DNA of 64,000 nt from Trueperaceae bacterium (GTDB taxonomy: Bacteria > Deinococcota > Deinococci > Deinococcales > Trueperaceae): assembly GCA_965213705.1 (NCBI GenBank), contig OZ243913.1, positions 2,496,001 to 2,560,000 of the forward strand, in the 5' to 3' direction. The translations under genes and the position numbers were made by a program. Position 1 is the first letter of the stretch, and the number at the start of each line of letters is the position of its first letter. Under the pieces are notes generated by a model. That model did not search any database. It was not told the origin of the DNA and was given only the letters and a program-made list of their open reading frames with translations. Below are positions 28,848-38,632 of the stretch, piece after piece.

Positions 28848-30929
28848 TCAGCCGACCACCCGGTTGCGGCCGCCGCGCTTCGCTGCGTAGAGCTTTTCGT
28901 CGGCCGAAGACAAGAGCTTTTCGAAGTTGGCGAGCGTGAGGTCGGCGGCCAGCCCCAAACTCACCGTGACGTGAAGGTCGGGGTGGAGCCCGGCCCAAGG
29001 GTAAGACTCGACCGCCCCGCGCACTCGCTCGCAGACGGCTTCACCCTGGTCCAAAGCGATGCCAGGCAGCACCAGGACGAACTCCTCGCCGCCGTAGCGC
29101 GCCGCGGTGTCGACGGTGCGGAGGGTGCGGGTGAAAATTTCCGCTACCGTTTTCAGAACCTCGTCGCCCAGGGCGTGCGAGAAGCGGTCGTTGATGCTTT
29201 TGAAACAGTCGACGTCGACCATCGCGACGCACAGCGCCTGGCGGTAGCGCTGCGCGCGTTTGAACTCGCGCACCAAATAAGCTTCGAGGTAACGGCGGTT
29301 GTAAAGGCCGGTCAAACTGTCTTCCTCGGTCTGCCGCTGCAAGCGCTGGGTCTGCTCGCGGAGTTTCTCGAGCAGTCGGTCGTTTTGGGCGTTGACTTTT
29401 TCAAGCGCCTCGTTCGCCGCGGCGAGTTCGACGTTGCGCAGCCGCTGGATTTGAGTTTCTTGCCGAGCTTTTTCAAGCTCGAAGCCTATCATGAGGCGCT
29501 GCGTCTTGCGCCGGGAAGCCTCGTCCGACAGCTCGGCGTCGGCCGCGTGACAGGCTTCGAACCAGGCGAGCGCCTCGCCCGGCTCGCCCTTTTCTTTGTG
29601 CAACTCGTACAGGGCTCGGCAGCTGTCGCGAACGAGGCGGGGATGGCCGAGACCGCGAGCTATCGCCAGGGCTTCTCGAAAAAACGGCGACGCCTCCCTG
29701 TTCCGGCGACGGTGCGCTGTGCCGAGCGCCAACAGCGCCTCCGCCTCGGTGAGTCGGTGGTTCACCTCGCGGGCCAAGCGCAAGCTCTCGAGGTAGTAAG
29801 CGAGCGCTTCGTCGGTCCGCCCGAGGTGCAGGTACATCTCGCCCAACCTGTGTAAAGAGGTGGCTTGACCCTTTCTGTCGCCGATGGCCTGCCGCAGCTC
29901 GAGCGCCCGCTCGTGGTGCCGCAGCGCCGCCTCGGCGTTCCCGAGCTTGCCGTAGGCCACGCCGAGGCAGTCGAGGGAAATCCCGAGCGCCTGCTTGTTG
30001 CTCGCAGCTTCAGCGAGTTTAACGCTTTGCCACAGGTAAGAAAGCGCCTCGTCGAACTTTCCCAGGCCACCGTAAAGTTCGCCGAGGTTGCCGAGCAGGG
30101 CCGAGCGGCTGCGCGGGTCGCCGACTTTTTCGCTCAGCGCCAAACCCTGTAAGTAATAGTCGAGCGCCTGCGCGCTGTCGTCGGGGTCGTGGTAGATGAG
30201 GCCGAGGCTGTTGAGCGTGAAAGCCTCGCCCAAGGCGTCCCCGACGGCGCGTTTAAGCTCGAGGGCTTGTAGAGCGCAGGAAAGCGCCTGTTTGTAGTTG
30301 CCCAACAGGCGGTAGGTCATGCTCATGGCGAGCAGGGCTTCGGACCTGAGCAGGGTACAACCTTCGGCGCACAAGTCGAAGGCGCGCTGCAGACAGTCCA
30401 GGGACAGCTCAAAGCTGCCGCGGTAGCGGTAAGCTTCCCCCGCATAGGTGAGCGCTTGCGCCTCTCCCGCGGGTTCCTCGAGCTGTTGATAGCTCGCGAG
30501 CGCCCGGAAGAGTTTGGCGAGCGCCTCTTCATAGCGGTTGGCGCGGAGGTCGACGAGCCCGGTCAGGAGTTCGACCCCGGCCTGCCCTAGGGCGTCGGCG
30601 AGCGCCGCGAAACGTTCCCTCGCCTCGGCGAGGTGTTCGGCGGCCACGTCGTAGCGGCACGCGTCGATGGCGCAAAAGGCGGCGGTGAGCAGGCTGTGGG
30701 CACCGTCCGCCGAGTCGTCCCCCGCCTGTCGGTAAACCTGAGCCGCCAAGCTCAGGGCGCGCTGCGGCTCGGCGCGGCGCAACGACCAGGCCAGGGCGTT
30801 GAGGTCGGCGGCTTTGTCGAGCTGAGGCTGACGGCTGACGGGAACAGGGGTTCCTAGTTGTAATTCAAAACCAGCGGTTTGCACAGTTCCCACCTTTCGA
30901 CGGCGTTGCAGATGTTGAGGTGAGAGCAC
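28848..30929 (-). CDS. TPR-repeat diguanylate cyclase (start uncertain)
   Basis: Many TPRs; DSLTGLYNRR, D.D.FK.IND, RTVD I-site, RYGGEEF. Confidence 0.92.
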   Translation of the reverse strand: MLSPQHLQRRRKVGTVQTAGFELQLGTPVPVSRQPQLDKAADLNALAWSLRRAEPQRALSLAAQVYRQAGDDSADGAHSLLTAAFCAIDACRYDVAAEHLAEARERFAALADALGQAGVELLTGLVDLRANRYEEALAKLFRALASYQQLEEPAGEAQALTYAGEAYRYRGSFELSLDCLQRAFDLCAEGCTLLRSEALLAMSMTYRLLGNYKQALSCALQALELKRAVGDALGEAFTLNSLGLIYHDPDDSAQALDYYLQGLALSEKVGDPRSRSALLGNLGELYGGLGKFDEALSYLWQSVKLAEAASNKQALGISLDCLGVAYGKLGNAEAALRHHERALELRQAIGDRKGQATSLHRLGEMYLHLGRTDEALAYYLESLRLAREVNHRLTEAEALLALGTAHRRRNREASPFFREALAIARGLGHPRLVRDSCRALYELHKEKGEPGEALAWFEACHAADAELSDEASRRKTQRLMIGFELEKARQETQIQRLRNVELAAANEALEKVNAQNDRLLEKLREQTQRLQRQTEEDSLTGLYNRRYLEAYLVREFKRAQRYRQALCVAMVDVDCFKSINDRFSHALGDEVLKTVAEIFTRTLRTVDTAARYGGEEFVLVLPGIALDQGEAVCERVRGAVESYPWAGLHPDLHVTVSLGLAADLTLANFEKLLSSADEKLYAAKRGGRNRVVG

Positions 30930-31145
30930 GCCTCTTCCCTACTCGTCGCGCGCCACTCGGTTTAAACGTCCGCCGTGCCGGACGCTTTTGTCAGGCTCAG
31001 CCGAGGCTGGTCCGACTTTACCGGTCCTTCTCTTACAAAACCCTTACGGCGTTCCGAACCCACCCCAACGGATAGGCCTCCCCCACCCGGACGGAGGGCG
31101 CGCTCGGCGGGGCCGCCGCCTTAGGCTTGGACGCAGGAGGTTTTT

Positions 31146-32027
31146 ATGCCGGACGCGGTAGAAATGCTGGAGACGGTAAGCCGCAACGTCGTAACGGTGG
31201 ACGGGCGGCGCGGTTACGCGCTGAGCGGTGTGGTTTACCGCGTCGACCTGGTCGTGACGACCAGTCGCGCGGTCGAAGAGGAGGCGGTGCAGGTCGGGAC
31301 GGCGGACGGCCGCACGCTGAGCGCGACCCTGGTCGGGCACGACCCGGCGACGGACTTGGCACTGCTCAGGCTTGACGGAACGGAGGTGGAAGGGGCAGGG
31401 CTCGAGCCCGCTACCTGGGCCGAAACGGACGCCCTCAAAGTCGGCCAGACCGTCTACCGCGTGGGCCGCTCCGGCGACACGCTCCGGGCTACGAAAGGGA
31501 TTCTCGGCGGCTTGGGCGGCGTTTGGCACACGGCCTGGGGCGGGCGCTTGGACGCGCGAATCTACACCGACGCCGCCACCTTTCGCGGCTTTTCGGGCGG
31601 ACCGCTGGTTACCCTGAACGGTGAGGTTCTCGGGCTGAACACGGCGGCGCTGAACCGCGTGGGCGACGCGGTCGTTCCGAGCGCGACGGTAAAACGTGTG
31701 GTAGGGGCGCTGCTCGAGCACGGCCGGGTGCGCCGGGGCTACCTTGGCTTGGGGGGCCAAAGTGTGCGGTTGCCCGCCGAGACGCGCGAGCGCTTGGGCC
31801 AGCGCGCGGGATTGCTGGTCGTTTCGGTCGAACCTGGCAGCCCAGCTGAGAACGCAGGCCTCGTCCTGGGCGACACTTTGTTGAAGTTCGGCGGCGCGGC
31901 GGTGTACCGGTCGGAACACCTACTGGCGGGGTTGGACGAAACCCGGGTCGGCAAAGCTGTGGAAGTCGAGCTTCTGCGCGGCGGTGAGCTTCAGTCGTTG
32001 AGCGTCACAATTGGCGAACGAACTTAA
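31146..32027 (+). CDS. S1C (HtrA-like) trypsin + PDZ protein
   Basis: DPATDLALL, GFSGGPL, RGYLG PDZ; AGGAGG SD. Confidence 0.88.
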   Translation: MPDAVEMLETVSRNVVTVDGRRGYALSGVVYRVDLVVTTSRAVEEEAVQVGTADGRTLSATLVGHDPATDLALLRLDGTEVEGAGLEPATWAETDALKVGQTVYRVGRSGDTLRATKGILGGLGGVWHTAWGGRLDARIYTDAATFRGFSGGPLVTLNGEVLGLNTAALNRVGDAVVPSATVKRVVGALLEHGRVRRGYLGLGGQSVRLPAETRERLGQRAGLLVVSVEPGSPAENAGLVLGDTLLKFGGAAVYRSEHLLAGLDETRVGKAVEVELLRGGELQSLSVTIGERT

Positions 32028-32181
32028 ATCGACGAGAACTACGGCTCCCCGAATACGCGACCTGAGCCCACCTGTCTTTAAGGTAAAGTACGAGTGTAAA
32101 GCAGCGTCTACCCCTCGCGAAGTCGGAGAAAAAGTGCTCGAGCCCTCGCAAATACGTTTTAGTCCAACTCGCCCGAACGCA

Positions 32182-34236
32182 GTGCGCAGACTCGTCTTCG
32201 TGGCGACGTTGACTTTAGCCGGCACCGCCCTGGCGGCGGGCGAGACACCCCAGTTTTTTACCGAGCTGGCGGCGCTGATGGTCGCCAGTGCGGTCATCGC
32301 GTTCGTCGGGTTTCGCGTCGGGCTCACCCCCATCGTCGGATTTTTGCTGGCGGGCGTGGTCATCGGGCCGAACGCGCTTGGGCTGGTACAGGACCGCGCA
32401 CTCATCGACGCGGCGGCCGAGGTCGGGGTGATACTGCTGCTTTTTACCATCGGCATCGAGTTCAGCCTGGAAACCTTGGCGCGCATCGGGCGGCTCATCT
32501 TCGTGGGCGGCGGCCTGATGGTCGGCGGCATCGTCGCGGTCACGACGCTTGCCTTGGCGGCCTTTGGGGTGGCCTGGCAGACCGGCGTGTTTACGGGCTT
32601 TTTGCTGTCGCTGTCTTCGACCGCCATCGTGATGAAGTTGCTCGCCGACCGCTCGGAGACGACGACCGAGCCGGGACAAGCGGCTTTAGGAATTTTAATT
32701 TTTCAAGACCTCGCGGTGGTGGCGATGGTTCTCGTCGTGCCGATGCTGGGAGGCGAGGGCGGCGGCGCGCTGTCCCTGTTGTGGGCACTCCTCAAGGCGG
32801 TCGGCATTATCGCCGTCGTCCTGTTCGGCGCGCGGCGACTCATGCCGAAGCTCTTAGAGGCCGTGGCGCGCACCTGCTCGCCGGAAATTTTCTTGCTCAC
32901 CGTTATCGCGGTGTGTTTCGGGACGGCCTACCTGACCGGCTTGGTCGGCGTGAGTTTGTCGTTGGGCGCGTTCTTGGCCGGGCTGCTGGTGAGCGAGAGC
33001 CGCTTTTCGCAGCAGGCCTTCAGCGAGATTTTGCCGCTGCAAATTCTGTTCAGCGCGGCCTTTTTTCTGTCGGTCGGAATGCTGTTGGACCTGCAGTTTT
33101 TGTTTGCCAACCTGCCGCTCGTGCTGCTGGGCGTGGTGGCGGTGGTCGTACTGAAGACGCTTCTTACCGCGCTCGGGGTGCGGTTCCTCGGCTACGGGCT
33201 CGGGGTGAGTCTGGCAACGGGGCTGATGCTGGCGCAGATAGGCGAGTTCTCGTTCGTGTTGGAACGCGCCGGGCGCGAGGTCGGTCTGACGCCGCTGGGT
33301 TTGGGCGCGGACGGCGCGCAGACGTTTATCGCCTGCACGGTGCTCCTTATGGGCATCACGCCGTCGTTGGCGAGTTTGGGCGGTCGCTTGGCGGGACGGC
33401 TCGAGCCCCGCACGCCGCTCGCAAATGCCGAAGACGAGCTTGCCGACCCCGAAACCTTCGCCGCACTTGACGACCACGTCGTCATCGCGGGTTACGGCGA
33501 AACCGGACAGGCCCTGGCAGCCGCGCTCGACGAGGCGGACGTTCCCTACGCCGTCGCCACGCTCAGCCCCACCGGGGCCAGCCAGGCCGAAGCAAAGGGT
33601 CGCAACGTGGTGCGCGGCGACTACACCAAGGGCTATATCCTGGACCTCGTCGGTTTGCAGCGCGCGTCCCTCCTCGTCATTCCCGACGACCAGGCCGACA
33701 TGGCGCACCGCACGCTGAGCGTGGTAAAGGCCGCCCGCCCGGACCTCCCGGTCGTCGTCTACACGCCTTACAGCGCCGCCGTGCAAGACCTTAAAGAGGC
33801 CGGCGCGGCGGCGGTCGTCTCGGCCGACCACGCGGCGACGAAACTCGTCTTAAGCGAGGTGCTGAACCGGGCGGGCGTCGGCGACGAACGCCGGGCCAGT
33901 GTTTTGAAAAGCTTCAGCGACAACCTCGAGCCGAGACGCGCGCCGGAACGCGTTAAACTTTCCGAAGTACAACGCACCTCGAAAAAATGTGCCCACATCA
34001 ACGACTTAAACTCAGTCGCAGCGCCTGATAAGCTCGCCTGCCCTGCGTGCGTGGCGCTGGGCGACACCTGGGTTCACTTGCGCGTCTGCATGAGCTGCGG
34101 CGCGGTCGGCTGCTGCGACTCGTCGAAAAACAAACACGCGACGGCACATTTCAAAGACTCGAAGCATCCGGTTATCAAGTCGCTGGAAAAAGGCGAGAGT
34201 TGGGCGTATTGTTATAAGGAAGAAGTAATTTTTTGA
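32182..34236 (+). CDS. CPA2 cation:proton antiporter + TrkA-N + C-terminal UBP-type zinc finger
   Basis: GFLLAG..IGP, LSSTAIV, LIFQD, QIGEFSFV, IAGYG.TG, CCDSSKNKHA. Confidence 0.92.
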   Translation: MRRLVFVATLTLAGTALAAGETPQFFTELAALMVASAVIAFVGFRVGLTPIVGFLLAGVVIGPNALGLVQDRALIDAAAEVGVILLLFTIGIEFSLETLARIGRLIFVGGGLMVGGIVAVTTLALAAFGVAWQTGVFTGFLLSLSSTAIVMKLLADRSETTTEPGQAALGILIFQDLAVVAMVLVVPMLGGEGGGALSLLWALLKAVGIIAVVLFGARRLMPKLLEAVARTCSPEIFLLTVIAVCFGTAYLTGLVGVSLSLGAFLAGLLVSESRFSQQAFSEILPLQILFSAAFFLSVGMLLDLQFLFANLPLVLLGVVAVVVLKTLLTALGVRFLGYGLGVSLATGLMLAQIGEFSFVLERAGREVGLTPLGLGADGAQTFIACTVLLMGITPSLASLGGRLAGRLEPRTPLANAEDELADPETFAALDDHVVIAGYGETGQALAAALDEADVPYAVATLSPTGASQAEAKGRNVVRGDYTKGYILDLVGLQRASLLVIPDDQADMAHRTLSVVKAARPDLPVVVYTPYSAAVQDLKEAGAAAVVSADHAATKLVLSEVLNRAGVGDERRASVLKSFSDNLEPRRAPERVKLSEVQRTSKKCAHINDLNSVAAPDKLACPACVALGDTWVHLRVCMSCGAVGCCDSSKNKHATAHFKDSKHPVIKSLEKGESWAYCYKEEVIF

Positions 34237-34940
34237 GAGTAGGAAGCACCTTGAAAAATTTGTTAATGAAAGTTTTTTGTTGTTTTCTTTGCGTTTTTGC
34301 CGCGTCGGTTGGTAGTGCTCAGGGTGGTGTGCTGTCCACGTTGACGACAAGTAACTTTCCGGGGTTTTCGGTTGAGTACGACGCCTCAACTTGGACTGTC
34401 GAAATTAAGGAAAATTCAGAGTCAGCACACCAAGTTTTTGAGGTCATAGAACTGACTCACGCAAACGGCACAACCATAAATTTTTCATTTGAGTCGCCCA
34501 TCGAGACCGGATTTGACGGCTTTATATTTCTCTTCAACAAGAATGAATTAGTCAAGCTTGGAAATGCCGTTCGTGTGACTGAAGAATTCTTAGATAATAC
34601 ATATAGTCCTTCTAGCTGCTTTCTTTTCAAGAGCGATAGTCCAGAAGAATTTTTACTCGAGAAAGCACGGCTTGATAAGTACCGGCTCGAAGAGGGATAT
34701 ACTGAAAATAAGGAAAACGCCGTAGTTCTGGGGTCGCCAATAGGACTGTTTCTCGTAAAAGGTGATGATGATTTCTTATCCCGAAGGACGGAATCTAGGC
34801 ATTCCTTCTATCAAGAAAATTGGGGAGACAATGTTTGGCTCACCATATCTTTTACCGGAATACCTGAAATAGCAGATGAGGTTGTGAAAACCTTGCGCTA
34901 TCCCTTTGAAAGTACCTGTTCAATTGTGAGTGAGAAATAG
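34233..34940 (+). CDS. low-GC secreted hypothetical protein
   Basis: 235-aa ORF in AT-rich DNA; signal-peptide-like N-terminus; start uncertain. Confidence 0.7.
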   Translation: MRVGSTLKNLLMKVFCCFLCVFAASVGSAQGGVLSTLTTSNFPGFSVEYDASTWTVEIKENSESAHQVFEVIELTHANGTTINFSFESPIETGFDGFIFLFNKNELVKLGNAVRVTEEFLDNTYSPSSCFLFKSDSPEEFLLEKARLDKYRLEEGYTENKENAVVLGSPIGLFLVKGDDDFLSRRTESRHSFYQENWGDNVWLTISFTGIPEIADEVVKTLRYPFESTCSIVSEK

Positions 34941-34946
34941 AATGAC

Positions 34947-34993
34947 AAACCCGTCATCTTGAGCGTTAACAGTGACCCGCAGGTGTTGGGCGC
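34947..34993 (+). repeat. decayed copy of the 5' end of the REC-TrxR gene
   Basis: 40/47 identity to 35283-35329 (counted by eye). Confidence 0.85.
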
Positions 34994-35027
34994 ACAGCGT
35001 CGGTAAAAATATCTAAGGAGGTTGGGC

Positions 35028-35273
35028 ATGGCAGACCGAACGAACAAAGGCGTGTTGGAGCACATCTCGGAACTCGTCGAGCAAGAGCACGCTCTACTGG
35101 AGGAGGGCGGCACCCTGGACGAGACGAAGCAACGGCGGTTGGAAGCCGTGCAAACAGAACTCGACCAGTACTGGGACCTGTTGCGGCGCCGCCGCGCGGC
35201 CGAAGCCTACGACGAAGACCCCGACGAGGTGAAACTGCGCAGCGAAGAGACCGTCGAATCGTACCGGCCGTAA
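35028..35273 (+). CDS. DUF2630 family protein
   Basis: I.ELV..EH.L....LDQYWDLLR.RRA......DPD....R....VE.Y; AAGGAGG SD. Confidence 0.88.
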   Translation: MADRTNKGVLEHISELVEQEHALLEEGGTLDETKQRRLEAVQTELDQYWDLLRRRRAAEAYDEDPDEVKLRSEETVESYRP

Positions 35274-36938
35274 ATGGCGGTTAAACCCGTTATTTTGAGC
35301 GTCGACGACGACCCGCAGGTGTTGGGCGCGGTGGCGAGGGACCTGCGCAAGCGCTACGGCGAGGACTACCGCGTCGTGCGGGCGAGTTCGGGAGACGAAG
35401 CCCTGCAGGCCGTCCGCGAACTCAAAGAGCGCGGCACGCCGGTCGCCCTGCTCTTGGCCGACCAGCGGATGCCGAAGATGGACGGGGTGGCGTTCCTGAG
35501 CGAGGCGATGACGCTGTTCCCCGACGCCAAACGCGCCCTGCTGACCGCCTACGCCGACACCGACGCGGCGATAAGCGCCATCAACCAGAGCAAAATCCAC
35601 TACTACCTCCTCAAACCCTGGGACCCGCCGGAGGAAAAGCTGTACCCGGTGCTGGACGACATGCTCACCGACTGGCAGGCGTCGTACCGGCCGCCTTTCA
35701 CGGGCATCAAAATCGTGTCGCACCGCTGGTCGCCGCTCAGCCACACGCTGCGCGACTTCTTAGCGCGCAGTCAGGTTCCTTACCGCTGGCTCGACGTCGA
35801 GCGGGACGACGAGGCCAAAAAAGTTGTGGCGGACGGCAATCTGACGCCGGACGACCTGCCCGCGGTCGTGTTCGAGGACGGGACCCGGCTCCTCAAACCC
35901 GACCCCGGCGAGGTGGCGCGCCAAGCCGGGCTGAACACACAAGCGGGCAGCACCTTTTACGACCTCGCCATCATCGGCGGCGGCCCGGCGGGTTTGGCGG
36001 CGGCGGTCTACGGCGCGTCGGAAGGCCTGGAGGTCGCGCTGTTGGACCGTGAAGCGCCCGGCGGGCAGGCGGGCACCTCGTCGCGCATCGAAAACTACCT
36101 CGGTTTTCCGGTCGGGCTGTCCGGGGCCGACCTGACGCGGCGCGCGGTCACGCAGGCCAGAAAGTTCGGGGCCGAACTCATCTCGCCACAGGGCGTGCAA
36201 AAAATCGAACTCAAAGACACCTACAAACTGCTGACCCTCGACGACGGCAGTTGTTTGAACTGCCACGCGCTCGTTTTAACGCTCGGGGTGTCGTACCGCA
36301 AGCTGCCGATTCCCGGCCTGGACGGTCTCACCGGGCGCGGCGTTTATTACGGCTCGTCCATCAGCGAGGCGACGGCGTGCCAGGACGAAGACGTGTACAT
36401 CATCGGTGCGGGCAACTCGGCGGGGCAGGCGGCGATGTATTTGGCGAACTTCGCGCGGCGGGTCAACTTGGTCGTGCGCGGCGCGAACCTTGAAAGCAAG
36501 ATGTCGCAGTACTTAGTCGACCAGATTCGGGCGACGGAAAACATCAACGTGAGGCTCGAGACCGAAGTCACTGGGGTGCGCGGTACCGACCGCTTGGAAG
36601 GCCTCACCCTAGAGTGCGGCGGGCAAGAGCAAGAGGTCGAAACCTCGGCGCTCTTTATCTTCATCGGCGCGTCGCCGCAGACCGACTGGCTCGGCGACTT
36701 CGTAATGCGCGACGCGCGCGGCTTTATCTGCACCGGGCCGGACCTGAAAGAGGACGGCGTGTGGCCCGCGAGTTGGACGCTTGAGCGCGAACCGTTTTTG
36801 CTCGAGACGAGCGTCCCCGGCATCTTCGCCGCGGGCGACGTGCGCAGCGGCTCGGTCAAGCGGGTCGCCTCGGCGGTCGGCGAAGGCTCGATTTCAGTGC
36901 AGTTCGTTCATCAGTATTTGGCGGACGTGGGCGCATGA
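35274..36938 (+). CDS. receiver domain - glutaredoxin-like - thioredoxin reductase-like fusion
   Basis: VDDD, ADQRMP, LLKPW; IIGGGPAG, IENYLGFP, GAGNSAGQ, GIFAAGDVR. Confidence 0.93.
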   Translation: MAVKPVILSVDDDPQVLGAVARDLRKRYGEDYRVVRASSGDEALQAVRELKERGTPVALLLADQRMPKMDGVAFLSEAMTLFPDAKRALLTAYADTDAAISAINQSKIHYYLLKPWDPPEEKLYPVLDDMLTDWQASYRPPFTGIKIVSHRWSPLSHTLRDFLARSQVPYRWLDVERDDEAKKVVADGNLTPDDLPAVVFEDGTRLLKPDPGEVARQAGLNTQAGSTFYDLAIIGGGPAGLAAAVYGASEGLEVALLDREAPGGQAGTSSRIENYLGFPVGLSGADLTRRAVTQARKFGAELISPQGVQKIELKDTYKLLTLDDGSCLNCHALVLTLGVSYRKLPIPGLDGLTGRGVYYGSSISEATACQDEDVYIIGAGNSAGQAAMYLANFARRVNLVVRGANLESKMSQYLVDQIRATENINVRLETEVTGVRGTDRLEGLTLECGGQEQEVETSALFIFIGASPQTDWLGDFVMRDARGFICTGPDLKEDGVWPASWTLEREPFLLETSVPGIFAAGDVRSGSVKRVASAVGEGSISVQFVHQYLADVGA

Positions 36939-38329
36939 CGGTGAGCGTTCAAGACTTGACTACAGTCACCGACTTCCAAGGAATGCCCGAAGACGAACTC
37001 AGGTGGCTCGCCGAAAACCTCAGCTTGCGCGAACTGGGCAAGGGCGAACCGTACTACCGGCAGGGCGAACCCGCGGACACCTTGCAGATTGTTCTGGAGG
37101 GCACGATAGAGCTGGTGCGGCGCGAAGACGGGAAAGAGGTCGCCTCGTTTTTGCTCGAGCCGGGCGAGGTGAGCGGGCGGTTGCCGTTCTCACGCATGGA
37201 AGCCTACGGGGCGAGCGCGACGGCTTTGGCCCCGAGCCGCGTCGCCGAACTCAGCACAAACCTCTTCCCCGCCCTGCACGAACGCGCGCCGGTGCTGCTG
37301 CAACGGCTCGTTTACGAGATGTTGGACCGCACCCGCGAGTACACCCGGCTGGGCGCGCAGCGCGAAAAACTGATGTCGCTGGGTACGATGTCGGCGGGGC
37401 TCGCCCACGAACTCAACAACCCGGCCGCCGCCGCCAAACGCGCGGCGCAGAGCTTGCAAGAAACGCTGCAAGCCTTCGACGAGCACTCGTCCAAAATCTT
37501 GAGCCCGGTGATGTTCAAGGAAGCTTCGGGCGGCGACCCGTTCGGCCCGATTTACGAGGCCGTCACCCTGGACGGGGACACCCTAAACGCCGTGGAGCGC
37601 AGCGACCACGAGGACGAACTCGGCGAGTGGCTGGAGGGTCGCAACGTCGCGCGTGCCTGGGAGGTCGCGGCGACGCTCGTTTCGGGCGGCGTCACGCTTG
37701 AGGCGTTGGCACAAGTCGCCGACAACCTGAAACCCGAGCAGGTGACGAACTTTTTAGAGTGGTTGCCGCGGGACGTGGAAATGAGACTGTTAGCGCAAGA
37801 ACTCACCGAAGCGACGAGCCGCATTTCCGAACTGGTCGGTGCGATGAAGGCCTACAGCTACATGGACCAGGGGCTCGAGAAGGGCACCGTCGACCTGCAC
37901 GAAGGCCTGCGCAACACCCTCACCATCCTCAAGCACAAGTTCGCTAAGAAAAACATCCGCGTGGTGAAGGAGTTTGGCGAAGTGCCACCCCTACCCGCCT
38001 ACGGCAGCGAACTCAACCAGGTCTGGACGAACCTCTTAAGCAACGCCGTAGACGCTGTTGACGAGGGCGGCACCGTCACCCTTCGCACGGGCGTGGACCC
38101 GAGCGCCGCGGTCGCTTGCGTCGACATTATCGACGACGGGCCGGGCGTGCCGGAAGAAATCCGCGACCGTATTTTCGAGCCGTTTTTCACCACCAAAGGC
38201 GTCGGCGAGGGCACCGGGATGGGCTTAGACATCGCCAGCCGAATCGTGCGGCAGCGGCACCGGGGGACGTTGCAGCTCGAGTCCCGACCCGGCGCGACAC
38301 GCTTTTCGGTGCGCCTGCCCTTATCCTGA
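36935..38329 (+). CDS. cNMP-binding-domain sensor histidine kinase (soluble)
   Basis: YRQGEPAD.L.IVLEG cNMP fold; AHELNNP, LNQVWTNL, DDGPG, FEPFFTTK, GTGMGL. Confidence 0.93.
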   Translation: MTVSVQDLTTVTDFQGMPEDELRWLAENLSLRELGKGEPYYRQGEPADTLQIVLEGTIELVRREDGKEVASFLLEPGEVSGRLPFSRMEAYGASATALAPSRVAELSTNLFPALHERAPVLLQRLVYEMLDRTREYTRLGAQREKLMSLGTMSAGLAHELNNPAAAAKRAAQSLQETLQAFDEHSSKILSPVMFKEASGGDPFGPIYEAVTLDGDTLNAVERSDHEDELGEWLEGRNVARAWEVAATLVSGGVTLEALAQVADNLKPEQVTNFLEWLPRDVEMRLLAQELTEATSRISELVGAMKAYSYMDQGLEKGTVDLHEGLRNTLTILKHKFAKKNIRVVKEFGEVPPLPAYGSELNQVWTNLLSNAVDAVDEGGTVTLRTGVDPSAAVACVDIIDDGPGVPEEIRDRIFEPFFTTKGVGEGTGMGLDIASRIVRQRHRGTLQLESRPGATRFSVRLPLS

Positions 38330-38332
38330 ACC

Positions 38333-38596
38333 ATGACGCAAACAAACGACATTACTCTTTACGGCACCGCCTGGTGCGAGGTCACGCGCGACCTGCGCAT
38401 TTTTTTGAACGCGCAGAAAGTGCCCTACACCTTCAAAAACGTCGAGAACGACGCGCAGGACCGAGAAGCTGCCCTGACGCTTAAGGACGGCGAGTACCAC
38501 ACGCCCGTCGTGGTCGTGGGGAAACGCGCCATGTTGAACCCAAAAGAGAGCGTGCTCGAGCGCGAACTGCGCAAACAGGGTTTGCTCGAGGTCTAA
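38333..38596 (+). CDS. glutaredoxin/NrdH-like protein (CxxT)
   Basis: LYGTAWCEVT, VPY...NVE, TPVVVVG...LNP. Confidence 0.8.
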   Translation: MTQTNDITLYGTAWCEVTRDLRIFLNAQKVPYTFKNVENDAQDREAALTLKDGEYHTPVVVVGKRAMLNPKESVLERELRKQGLLEV

Positions 38597-38632
38597 AAAT
38601 GAGACCCAAGCGCGGCACTATGTTGAGTAGCT

